64,000 nt of DNA, from NCBI GenBank assembly GCA_030603495.1, contig JAUVXR010000002.1, forward strand, positions 75,836-139,835, read 5' to 3'. Below, one piece after another: positions 16,869 to 25,708 of this stretch. The first letter of the stretch is position 1. Every line of letters begins with the position of its first letter. The notes beneath the pieces were generated by a model. The model ran no database searches, had not been told where the DNA came from, and was given only the letters and a program-made list of their open reading frames with translations. This DNA is from a bacterium. GTDB taxonomy: Bacteria; Armatimonadota; Zipacnadia; Zipacnadales; Zipacnadaceae. Made by a program: the position numbers and the translations under genes.

Positions 16869-17186
16869 TCAGCCAGAGCGGGAGCGGAGGCCAAGCAGCA
16901 AGCCGAGCAGAAAACCGACGGCCATGGGAAGATTGTAGGCGAGCGCGCTGACCCCGGCTTGCAGCGCATCCCCAGCCAGACCCGGGACGGGCTTCAAATG
17001 CTCAAAAAAGGCCGCCCAGTCCCACTCGACCAGACCGTAGTAGCCGAGGATCTGGACCGCGATGAACAGGACAACAACCAGACAGCCCAGCGCCCGTGCT
17101 GCCGACTTCAATGCCAGCACGGCCAGCCAGCCCAGCAGTATGCCGAGCGCTGCGCTTACTATGATTGAGACTACGTAACTGGGCAT
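16869..17186 (-). CDS. FUN14-like small membrane protein
   Basis: GILLGW...LK.....QILGYYGLVEWDW...GFLLGLLLG pattern. Confidence 0.7.
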   Translation of the reverse strand: MPSYVVSIIVSAALGILLGWLAVLALKSAARALGCLVVVLFIAVQILGYYGLVEWDWAAFFEHLKPVPGLAGDALQAGVSALAYNLPMAVGFLLGLLLGLRSRSG

Positions 17187-17244
17187 CTGTGATCACAGAG
17201 AAGTGGGTTCGCGCCACGCTAGGAGGCGGCCTGGGGACCCCAGA

Positions 17245-19665
17245 TCATCTAGTCGCGTACACATGCACATCGTGCGGAGCAAAACTGTCTTGGAAGGTGC
17301 CGATGGGTGCAGTGAAGTCAGCCCTAGGCGAACCCAATCCCGACGTTCGGACCTCGACGTGTTCATCTGGGCTTGGTTCGCCGCGGGTGCCCTGATCGTT
17401 GCACGTGATCGCGCGGTGCTCAAACATAACACTTAGCTGGCGCGCTGCAATGTCGGGCAGAGCAAAGTCCGCTATGACACCCCGGTCTGACGTATTGACC
17501 ACGACAATGTAGTCGCCGCCGTCGTAGTGCCAGGCGGCCAGATGCAGATCACCGTCGCTGGCCGTCGGCAGCAGGCGGTGTTTCCCCTGCAAGAACACCG
17601 GCGAGAGCCACTGCAGCTCGCGGTTGATCTGGGGCAGCGTTGCCCACAGGTCGGGGGCATCCTGACGCAGCCGGAACCGCCTCGTGCCCGGATAGCTGGG
17701 AATATCATACCCGTAATAGATCAACCCGGTAGCGCCGTGGACAAGCGCCAGATATGTCATCGCCCGCACCTCGGCCGAAGTCGGCTGCCGGCCGGAGTCG
17801 CTGGGGTCCAGGGCCGCGTCCTCGTACCAGGCCCGCCCGGCCGCCTGGATGACCGCCCACACTGGGCGCTCGCCATCGGTTGCCTCCACCGCCGCAGCGA
17901 CGATACGTGCTAGAGAAGTTATCGGCGCCCTGGGCACGGGCAGTGACCAAGCAACCACAATGTCGGCGAAGTCGCTATAGTAGGGCAGCAGTGAGGGCGA
18001 ACTAAGGGCCATCAGCGTGGGGTGCGCTGGACTCATTATTTCTAGCTCCTGACACACGGCCGCAGCCACTTCCGGCGGGGCGGTCTGCTGATCTGGCCGC
18101 GGCAGCACGTACCAGCCCAGGAGGGCCGAATTGCCCCCGAACTTGCGCACCAGGTTTTCCCACAAGTCGCGGCTCGGAGCGGGAATGCCGAGGCCTGTCC
18201 GGGGTCCAAGTATGCGTGGCGAAGAGACAATTAGGGATATGCCTTGGTTGTGCGCTTCATCGGCGAAGGCATAGCTGGCCCGGGACGAGGGAACAACCGC
18301 GAAGTTGAAACCGGCACCGGCGATAGGTGCCAGGTCAGTCGACTCGCAAACGTAATAGATGCCGCGTGGCAATATGGGCATGCCGTTCAGCCACAGCCGA
18401 CGGTGACGATCGTAGCCTACTTCCGCGGCGGAGGGCGGTAGCCGTTTCAGCACAAGCTGCAAGCTCTGGCTAAGCTCACCACTGGGTGTGGCCGCCGTGA
18501 TCAACGTCGTGTAGTTGCCACTGAGCAAGTTATCGGCAGACATGGTGATGACAAAGCGGGTCGGCCCAATCCGAGTAATGCCGCCGTTGTGCTCCGTCAC
18601 CTTTGTTCCGGTTTCCGAGATCTCCGCAGTCAGTTCGAGTCGGCGGGCGATATTCTCAACGGCGTTTATCTGGCCGACAATCTCCAGTGTGTCGATCGGT
18701 ATGCTGGATAGGAGCGTGCTGCGGAAGGCCGGTTGGGTGAATTGAGCTTCGATCAGTCCAGGGGCAAGCGTCTGCTGGTGGTCATATATCTCGCCGCTGT
18801 CGTCGTCCCTGACTACGAGCTGGAGGGTATGGGGCAAATCGAGCGGCAAGGCGTAGTCAAGATCCAGCACACCGGTGCCGTTAGCCTTAATGCGCGCCTC
18901 TTGCTCCACCCGTTTTCCGTTGCCCCGCTGGTCTACCGCGACAAGCACTACCTGCAGCTCGCGACTACGGGAGCTATGGTTGTCTAGACGGACGGTAGTC
19001 CGTCGCTTATTGGGCAGCTCATACACCGTTCCCTTACGCACAATCGTCGCCGCCACCTCGTCGGGGTAGGGGCGCAAGGCCACCTGGTCAACGTAGAATT
19101 TCCCCGGACCGGTAAAGCGGAGGATTGGCACCACCTGGCGCGCACCGGGGAGAGCTTCAAACTGCCACGAGAGCAGACTCCAGTCTTTGGATTCTGGGAT
19201 ATTTTTGGCCTCGGCCTGCAGCGCACGGGTCTGCCACTCCTGTTCGCGGAAATCCTCGGCGAAGGTCACCAACGACATCTGCACGTCGGGCTCCTGCTCG
19301 GTGCGATAATAGCAGGTCAACAACATCTTGTTGCTGCCCAGCTCGCTCATCTCGATCGGCGGTGCATACACATCGAACAGAATGAGCTGCTCGGCACTTT
19401 CCATCAGCAAGCAGTTGCGGCTCTTGTAGCCCTGCTGGACTACCCTAAGATTCGCCTGAGACCCAGGCTCGGGCGGAAAGGTACGCCAGCCGACCGGCAT
19501 TCCCGCCACATCCAGCTCTTCAAATCCCCCATTTGAGAGCAGATTCCCAGCATAAGCGCCGCCAGGCAGACTGAGCAAAGATGTGATCGCCGCCAGCACC
19601 AGCACCATGCGCGTGGTTTGTCCGGCTAAGATCAGCGTTGAATAGGGACACTTGCTACGAGTCAT
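17245..19665 (-). CDS. Exported protein with carbohydrate-binding domain and glycoside-hydrolase-like barrel
   Basis: Signal peptide, NLLSNGGFE CBM-like start, LLGWY, PVWAVIQA, EVRAMTYLALVHGATG, C-terminal FQDSFAPHDVHVY. Confidence 0.75.
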   Translation of the reverse strand: MTRSKCPYSTLILAGQTTRMVLVLAAITSLLSLPGGAYAGNLLSNGGFEELDVAGMPVGWRTFPPEPGSQANLRVVQQGYKSRNCLLMESAEQLILFDVYAPPIEMSELGSNKMLLTCYYRTEQEPDVQMSLVTFAEDFREQEWQTRALQAEAKNIPESKDWSLLSWQFEALPGARQVVPILRFTGPGKFYVDQVALRPYPDEVAATIVRKGTVYELPNKRRTTVRLDNHSSRSRELQVVLVAVDQRGNGKRVEQEARIKANGTGVLDLDYALPLDLPHTLQLVVRDDDSGEIYDHQQTLAPGLIEAQFTQPAFRSTLLSSIPIDTLEIVGQINAVENIARRLELTAEISETGTKVTEHNGGITRIGPTRFVITMSADNLLSGNYTTLITAATPSGELSQSLQLVLKRLPPSAAEVGYDRHRRLWLNGMPILPRGIYYVCESTDLAPIAGAGFNFAVVPSSRASYAFADEAHNQGISLIVSSPRILGPRTGLGIPAPSRDLWENLVRKFGGNSALLGWYVLPRPDQQTAPPEVAAAVCQELEIMSPAHPTLMALSSPSLLPYYSDFADIVVAWSLPVPRAPITSLARIVAAAVEATDGERPVWAVIQAAGRAWYEDAALDPSDSGRQPTSAEVRAMTYLALVHGATGLIYYGYDIPSYPGTRRFRLRQDAPDLWATLPQINRELQWLSPVFLQGKHRLLPTASDGDLHLAAWHYDGGDYIVVVNTSDRGVIADFALPDIAARQLSVMFEHRAITCNDQGTRGEPSPDEHVEVRTSGLGSPRADFTAPIGTFQDSFAPHDVHVYATR
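17296..17391. repeat. In-frame 90-bp palindromic insertion flanked by GGTGCC direct repeats
   Basis: GGTGCC at 17296 and 17386; internal arms GGCGAACCCAATCCC / GGGCTTGGTTCGCC. Confidence 0.65.
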
Positions 19666-19738
19666 TATCCGCCTCCGTTCTCGGCCCAGGGATTCGCGTG
19701 GCAGTTGAATCTCCTGCTACCTTGATTCACCGCAGCGG

Positions 19739-20665
19739 CTATTCTCCCTGCCCATCGGTTACCACATAGATGTGCCGGGTCAGCCTCCCCTTGACCACCT
19801 GTACCTCTTGGTGGATGCAAAACCCCAGTTGTCGGAGCAGGCGCCGTTCGTCAGCGCCAACCACCACGGCCATCCGCCTGACTTGGCTGCGCAGATTGAG
19901 CAGAATATCAGTGTGCAGGCCGGGAGCAACCGGGGCAGAATGGCCGTAGGGAAGATCAACCACCGCCGCATCAAAGCTTCCGGCGATAGTGCAAGCGTCA
20001 CCGACGAAAATGTTGGGAGACAACCGTAGCGCCCGCAGGTTGGCAGCGGCCTGGTGAGCCAGCGCTGGGCTTATCTCCATGCCCCAGGCGTGAATACCGT
20101 CAGCGAGGGCCTCAGCCACCACTGTTCCACTGCCACAGCACGGATCTAGCAGAAGATCGCCAGGAGCCGCCACTAGGTTCACCAGCGCCCGGGCCATCCG
20201 GGGCGCCAGCGCATGAGAGTAATGGTAAGGACGCCGAACCCCAGCCCGCCAGCGCTGTGCGCTGCGCGAGATGATAGGCCCGAAATGCCAGCCATCATGG
20301 GTGACCACCACCGCAAGCTCCGTTCGCGGATAGTCAAGGTTAGGACGGCCCGATATCAAGTCAGCGATAGCTTTCTTCAACTCAGTCGCGCTAACTGCCG
20401 CCTTAGGCCCAGGCCGGAAGACCTCGATACGGTAGCCCTCAAGCTGAAGCTCAAGCTGGCCTACGGCCTCTTGCAATTCGGGCCAGTCGCTACCGGTGGC
20501 GACTTGCTCGCCGCACAAGCGGATGTAGGCAGCGCGAGTAACGTCTGCACCCATCGCCCCCACAGCAACTCGGCCTTGGGGTGTGCAACCAGCCACCGCC
20601 CACAACTCGGCGCGAGCCAGATCGAGTTCCTCGTCCGGCCCCATCAGCAGATAGAAATGGGCCAA
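19739..20665 (-). CDS. SAM-dependent RNA methyltransferase (Trm11/THUMP-like)
   Basis: LAPRMARALVNL, LDPCCGSGT, DLPYG motifs. Confidence 0.85.
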   Translation of the reverse strand: MAHFYLLMGPDEELDLARAELWAVAGCTPQGRVAVGAMGADVTRAAYIRLCGEQVATGSDWPELQEAVGQLELQLEGYRIEVFRPGPKAAVSATELKKAIADLISGRPNLDYPRTELAVVVTHDGWHFGPIISRSAQRWRAGVRRPYHYSHALAPRMARALVNLVAAPGDLLLDPCCGSGTVVAEALADGIHAWGMEISPALAHQAAANLRALRLSPNIFVGDACTIAGSFDAAVVDLPYGHSAPVAPGLHTDILLNLRSQVRRMAVVVGADERRLLRQLGFCIHQEVQVVKGRLTRHIYVVTDGQGE

Positions 20666-20783
20666 TCACCCCCACCCCCTGGGGGACTGCCAACGCAGGT
20701 GCAACTGCAGCAATAGTGAGGCTCGCCGCCGAGTCTGGGGCACGGCCCAACCAGTGCGCTATGCGGGCCCCCGCCGGCAGACG

Positions 20784-22265
20784 TCAGCAATCTTCCTCGG
20801 CCTCAGAGACTGGTGTCTCCTGCTGGAGAGAGTCCGTCCGGTGTAAGCCTTGCATCACGATTCGGCGAAAGGCCATCACCAACTCAGGGTCGAATCCGCT
20901 GCCGGCTCGGGCTAGGATATCATGCAGAGCCTCCTGCGGCGACAGACTCGCCTGACGAGCCGGGTTGTGCGGATTGATGAGCCGATCATAGGCATCGGCG
21001 ATGGCGATTATGCGTGCGTCGTAGGGAATGGCGTCGCCCTTGAGGCTCTCGGGGAAGCCCGTGCCGTCCCAGCGCTCGTGGTGGTGGGTAACCACCGAGA
21101 GCACAGGTTGCAGGAAGGTCACGGGCGCCAGAATGCTCTGGCCGATGAGGGGGTGCATCCGATAGAAGGCCTGCTCAGGTTCGCCAGGTTCGCCGTTGGC
21201 AGGGAGGTCGTCCCGGTCGAGCCCGATCTTGCCGACGTCATGGAGGATCGAGCCGAAGCGCAGCAGTTCGCGTTGCTCCTCGGGTATCCCCACTTCTGCG
21301 GCAATCTGGTCAACGATGTCAGTGACCCGTTCAGAGTGACTGTAAGTATCGCTATCTTTGGCCTCAATCGCCCGGGTCAAGGTGCGGACGGTCTCGTAGT
21401 AGCTGCGGCGGATATCCTCGTACAGTTCGGCGTTCTCGATGGCCACGGAGGCCTGGTGGGCGAAAGCAGTAAGCAGATCCACTTCCCGCTGGACAAATCT
21501 GCGCGGGGACTTGGCGTAGACCCGCACCACCCCCAACACCTTGTCTTTGGTCTCCAAAGGCACAATGAGCACGGAGGTCAGGCCAGCTTGCCTGGCGGCT
21601 TCAGGGTACTGAAAATGAGGGTCAGTGCGCACGTCGTAGATCTGCTCAGCGTGGCCGCTGAGCACCCGTTGATCCACCACACTGCCTGGCACCAGCACTG
21701 GGCCTTTTTGCCAGTAGTCCTCGCCCAGCCCAGCGCTAGCCGTGAGCTTTAGCTCGCCGGTCTCCTCGTCGAGCAACCGGATGTTGCATGCCTTAGCATC
21801 CATAACGCGCATAGCGTGGGAAGTGATAAGCTCAAGCACCTGCTTGATGCGCAAGGTCGAGGTTATACTGCGGGCTACTTCATAGAGCGTCCGGGCCTCC
21901 ACCACCCGCCGTTTGAGTTCGGACGATAGTCGCGAGGCAACGATGCCTACCACATAGAAGATGAGCATGCGCAGGATCATATTGAACAGATTCTGCAAGC
22001 TCGAATCGGCTGAGGAGAGCCCCTGTCCAGATTCGGTAGGCATCCACCAACCGCAGCCAAGCCCAGCTATCAGGGAGACGATTATCGCCCCGGGGTCACC
22101 AAACATGAAAGCGGCCCACAGTATGGGCAGATAGTAGAAGTGCACAGCATAGCTGTCGGTCCCGGCCAAGTACACCAGCCATGTGACAAACGCCATGGCC
22201 AGGGCCAGCACCATCAGGGATACTATGGTTCCTGTTCGGCTACGCTTCATCGCTGCCAAGACCAT
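20784..22265 (-). CDS. Membrane GAF + HD-GYP domain protein (c-di-GMP phosphodiesterase family)
   Basis: TMs, GAF, AKDSDTYSHSERV, LHDVGKIG, HHERWDGTGFP, IADAYD. Confidence 0.9.
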   Translation of the reverse strand: MVLAAMKRSRTGTIVSLMVLALAMAFVTWLVYLAGTDSYAVHFYYLPILWAAFMFGDPGAIIVSLIAGLGCGWWMPTESGQGLSSADSSLQNLFNMILRMLIFYVVGIVASRLSSELKRRVVEARTLYEVARSITSTLRIKQVLELITSHAMRVMDAKACNIRLLDEETGELKLTASAGLGEDYWQKGPVLVPGSVVDQRVLSGHAEQIYDVRTDPHFQYPEAARQAGLTSVLIVPLETKDKVLGVVRVYAKSPRRFVQREVDLLTAFAHQASVAIENAELYEDIRRSYYETVRTLTRAIEAKDSDTYSHSERVTDIVDQIAAEVGIPEEQRELLRFGSILHDVGKIGLDRDDLPANGEPGEPEQAFYRMHPLIGQSILAPVTFLQPVLSVVTHHHERWDGTGFPESLKGDAIPYDARIIAIADAYDRLINPHNPARQASLSPQEALHDILARAGSGFDPELVMAFRRIVMQGLHRTDSLQQETPVSEAEEDC

Positions 22266-22393
22266 TCCTCCTGGTTACCCGTTGTCCTCCCACTCTAAGC
22301 TGGACACATTCGCGGTAGCACTGACCGTTGGCGACAAAGTAACACCGATTGACAGCCGGCTTCCCCGCTCACAGCTCAGTCATACTGTCCCGC

Positions 22394-24370
22394 CTATCGG
22401 ACTACAGTGCCTGGCGGGCAAAGGCGATCGGCCACCACCAATGCCTCGGGCTCCTCCGCACCGACGGCAAGAATCATACCCTGCGACTCTACCCCATGGA
22501 TGGTCGCCGGTTCCAGATTCGCTACTACGACCACGTTGATGTTCAACATCTCCCGGGGATTGAACTGCTTGGCAATCCCTGCTACGATCTGGCGGGACTC
22601 GGACTCGCCCACGTCAACTATCAGCCGCAGGAGCTTATCGGCCCCGGGGATGCGATGAGCCTCCAGTATTGTACCCACGCGCAGATCTAGCTGCGCAAAC
22701 TGCTCAATAGTGACAGTATCGGCACGGGCCACGGCCTGCTGTTCTGCTGCGGATTGCTCGGCCCGCTCACTGCGCGCCTGGAGACGGTCCATGGCTCGCC
22801 TTATGTCCACACGCGGGAAGATGGGGCGTCCGGGCTCGATAGCGATACCACTGGGTAGCTGCAGTGCCCGGCAGTCGTCCCAGGATTTTTCGGCCCCCGC
22901 AGATTCTAGCCCCAGTTGCCGCCAGATCTCATCACAGATAGCGGGCATGAACGGCGAGACCATTATGGCCAGTACCCGCACGCAGTCCAGGACATCGTAC
23001 AGGACCGCCTCGAGCTCGACCTGCTTGGCCTCTTTATGGAGTGTCCAGGGCGCGCGCGTGTCCAGGAACTTGTTAGCGCTCGCCACCAGCTCCCAGATGG
23101 CTACCAGAGCAGCACTGAAGCTATATTCCGCCATCTCCTGCTCCACAAGCGCGCGGACCCGGTCAATCTCGGCGGCCAGTTCGCCCGCACCCGGCCCGGG
23201 CTCGGGAATCTTCTTCTCCAGGTAGCGCTCGACCAACGGTAAAGTGCGGTTGAGCAGGTTGCCCAGATCGTTGGCCAGGTCGGCATTAAATCGACTTAGC
23301 AGTCCCCGCCAGGAGAATGAAGCGTCCAGACCGAAGGTTACCTCGCGCAGCAGGAAGTAGCGCAGACTGTCCACGGCCACAGCGGTCGTCGCCCCGGAAA
23401 TATCGGCCAGCTCGCGCGCCACTTCGTACGGGTGCAGCACGTTCCCCTTCGACTTCCTCATCCTGTCACCTTGGGCAGTGATCCACCAGCCATGTGCAAA
23501 GAGCGTCTCGGGCAGCGGCAAGTCCAGCGCCATGAGTATAGCCGGCCACAGGGTGGCGTGAAAGCGGGTTAGGATGTCTTTGCCCATCAGTTCCAGACGC
23601 GGCGGCCACCACTGCCCGAACTCGTCGAGGTCATCGGGATACCCGACCTGGGAGAGGTAGTTTATCAGGGCATCGAACCAGACATAGATGGATTGCGTGT
23701 CGTCGTCGGGCACCGGTATGTCCCATTCGGTATGGCCGCGGCTGATGCAGGCATCGCGCAAGCCCTCCCCCATAAACGAGAGCACCTCGTTGCGCCGCGA
23801 CTCGGGCAAGATGAATTCGGGATGGCGCTCGATGTGTTCCCGAAGTCGGTCGGAATAAGCAGACGTGCGGAAGAAATAAGCCGGTTCGGTGACCTGCTCG
23901 ACCTCCCGCTTGCATTCGGGGCAGTCGCCCCCCACCAGTTCACTCTCTAACAGGTGCGTCTCGCACGGAATGCAATACCAGCCTTGGTACTCGCCCAGGT
24001 AGATGTCACCGGATTCCCGCAGCCGCCGGAAGACGTACTGGACAGTCGCCACATGATGGGAGTCGGTGGTGCGGATGAAGCGGTCATAATCAATGTGCAG
24101 TCGCTTCCACATCCGCTGCCAGGCCTCGACTACCTCGTCAACTAACTCCTGAGGCTTCAGGCCGCGGGCCTCGGCAGAGCGGGCTATTTTCTGCCCGTGC
24201 TCGTCGGTTCCGGTCGAAAAGAGGACCGGTTCGCCGAGCAGCCGGTGGTACCGCGCCTGGGCGTCCGCCCCTATCGTGGTGTACGAGTGCCCAATGTGGG
24301 GCAAGTCGTTAACGTAGTAGATAGGCGTGGTAATGTAGAAGCTTCTGCCCGAATCGTCTGCTGATCTCAT
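22394..24370 (-). CDS. metG: Methionine--tRNA ligase with C-terminal tRNA-binding domain
   Basis: YITTPIYYVN, HIGH, GTDEHG, YVWFDAL, RMRKS (KMSKS equivalent), OB-fold C-terminus. Confidence 0.97.
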   Translation of the reverse strand: MRSADDSGRSFYITTPIYYVNDLPHIGHSYTTIGADAQARYHRLLGEPVLFSTGTDEHGQKIARSAEARGLKPQELVDEVVEAWQRMWKRLHIDYDRFIRTTDSHHVATVQYVFRRLRESGDIYLGEYQGWYCIPCETHLLESELVGGDCPECKREVEQVTEPAYFFRTSAYSDRLREHIERHPEFILPESRRNEVLSFMGEGLRDACISRGHTEWDIPVPDDDTQSIYVWFDALINYLSQVGYPDDLDEFGQWWPPRLELMGKDILTRFHATLWPAILMALDLPLPETLFAHGWWITAQGDRMRKSKGNVLHPYEVARELADISGATTAVAVDSLRYFLLREVTFGLDASFSWRGLLSRFNADLANDLGNLLNRTLPLVERYLEKKIPEPGPGAGELAAEIDRVRALVEQEMAEYSFSAALVAIWELVASANKFLDTRAPWTLHKEAKQVELEAVLYDVLDCVRVLAIMVSPFMPAICDEIWRQLGLESAGAEKSWDDCRALQLPSGIAIEPGRPIFPRVDIRRAMDRLQARSERAEQSAAEQQAVARADTVTIEQFAQLDLRVGTILEAHRIPGADKLLRLIVDVGESESRQIVAGIAKQFNPREMLNINVVVVANLEPATIHGVESQGMILAVGAEEPEALVVADRLCPPGTVVR

Positions 24371-24443
24371 CAACTGAGACGTCCTTCGTGCAATTGTTGC
24401 TCTCCGCCCCGCATATTGCGCTGCTCTATGGCTCGGCATCAGC

Positions 24444-24680
24444 TTACCTACAGCATGAGGCGCAACTGCTAGCGCTGCAACTGGTGCAGCTTCCCGAACC
24501 ACTTATACTCCGGCTGGTCGAAGAGCCCGAGCCGACCCGTCCGTAGAACGACGACATTATACGCTGGATATCGCTCCCACCACAAGACGGGCAGGCGGCC
24601 GGCTCATCTCGAGCAGTGCGCGAACGCAGCAGTTCAAAGCTGTTCGCACACTCTCGGCACCTATACTCAAACAATGGCAT
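24444..24680 (-). CDS. FmdB-family zinc-ribbon protein
   Basis: MPLFEYRCRECANSFE...CPSCG. Confidence 0.9.
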   Translation of the reverse strand: MPLFEYRCRECANSFELLRSRTARDEPAACPSCGGSDIQRIMSSFYGRVGSGSSTSRSISGSGSCTSCSASSCASCCR

Positions 24681-24730
24681 AGCTCCACTCCGACTGCCTT
24701 TTTCTCAATATCCTCTGGGTGCTGGCTAGG

Positions 24731-25666
24731 TCAACTGTCTTGGTCTATCCTGCGCTCTTGCCTTGCCACCGTGTGCGCATCGGCGGCAGACACAACGACG
24801 ATACGCTGGTCGGCCAGCTTCACCGTTAACTCCTGCTTGAGTACGCGCTGCTCAACGACTTGGCCCTCGCCGTGGGGCGTCTGGACTTGCTCTCCCACGT
24901 CTGCCAACCGGGCGCGGGCGGTGGCATATACGCCGTGTTCATAGCGCAAGCAACACATCAATCGGTTGCACACCCCGCTGATCTTCTCTGGATTCAGGGG
25001 CAGGTCCTGGTCCTTGGCCAAGCGAATGCTGACCGGTTTGAACTCGCGCAGGAATCGCGCGCAGCACAGCGGCTGGCCACAGGGGCCCAGGCCGCCGTGC
25101 ATCTTCGCCTCGTCACGCACCCCAATCTGGCGCAGCTCGATATGGCAGTGAAAGGTCTGGGCCAAGTCCCGGACCAACTCGCGGAAGTCCACCCGGCCCT
25201 CAGCAGTGAAGAAGAAAATAAGCTGGCGCTGGTCCAGGGTATAGTCGGCCCTGACCAGCTTCATCACCAACCCGTGCTCGGCGATCTTCTGCCTGCAGAC
25301 CGCGATGGCCTCCCGGGCCTGCTCCTGGAGCCAACGCTTCCTCCGGAAGTCGCTCGATTCGGCTTTGCGCAATAGCGACTTGGTGGGGGCAGGATGACCT
25401 GGTTCGGCTTTGTCCTTCACGTAGACCACTTGGCCAACATCCGGTCCCCTCTCAGTTTGGGCCACGACAAACTGCCCCGGCCTGATCTTCACTCCGCCGG
25501 ACTTGAACCAGTAGATCGGCCCGGTACGCCAAAAGCACAGCGCGACAACCTCGTCGCGGCGCTGCTCCGCCCGACTCCGCGTGGGCATGTCCGCCCCCCG
25601 CGCAGTCTGGCCAGCCTCGGTCTGACCATCTTGATCCCGATTGTCCTGCAGGTCCCTGTCAGCCAT
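24731..25666 (-). CDS. ricT: PSP1/RicT (YaaT) family protein
   Basis: RVDFRELVRDLA, IELRQIGVRDEAK, GPCGQPLCC, ISGVCNRLMCCL. Confidence 0.92.
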   Translation of the reverse strand: MADRDLQDNRDQDGQTEAGQTARGADMPTRSRAEQRRDEVVALCFWRTGPIYWFKSGGVKIRPGQFVVAQTERGPDVGQVVYVKDKAEPGHPAPTKSLLRKAESSDFRRKRWLQEQAREAIAVCRQKIAEHGLVMKLVRADYTLDQRQLIFFFTAEGRVDFRELVRDLAQTFHCHIELRQIGVRDEAKMHGGLGPCGQPLCCARFLREFKPVSIRLAKDQDLPLNPEKISGVCNRLMCCLRYEHGVYATARARLADVGEQVQTPHGEGQVVEQRVLKQELTVKLADQRIVVVSAADAHTVARQERRIDQDS

Positions 25667-25708
25667 AGTCTTGATCACCGATCGTGCAGAGCCGCGCCAC
25701 CACACAGC

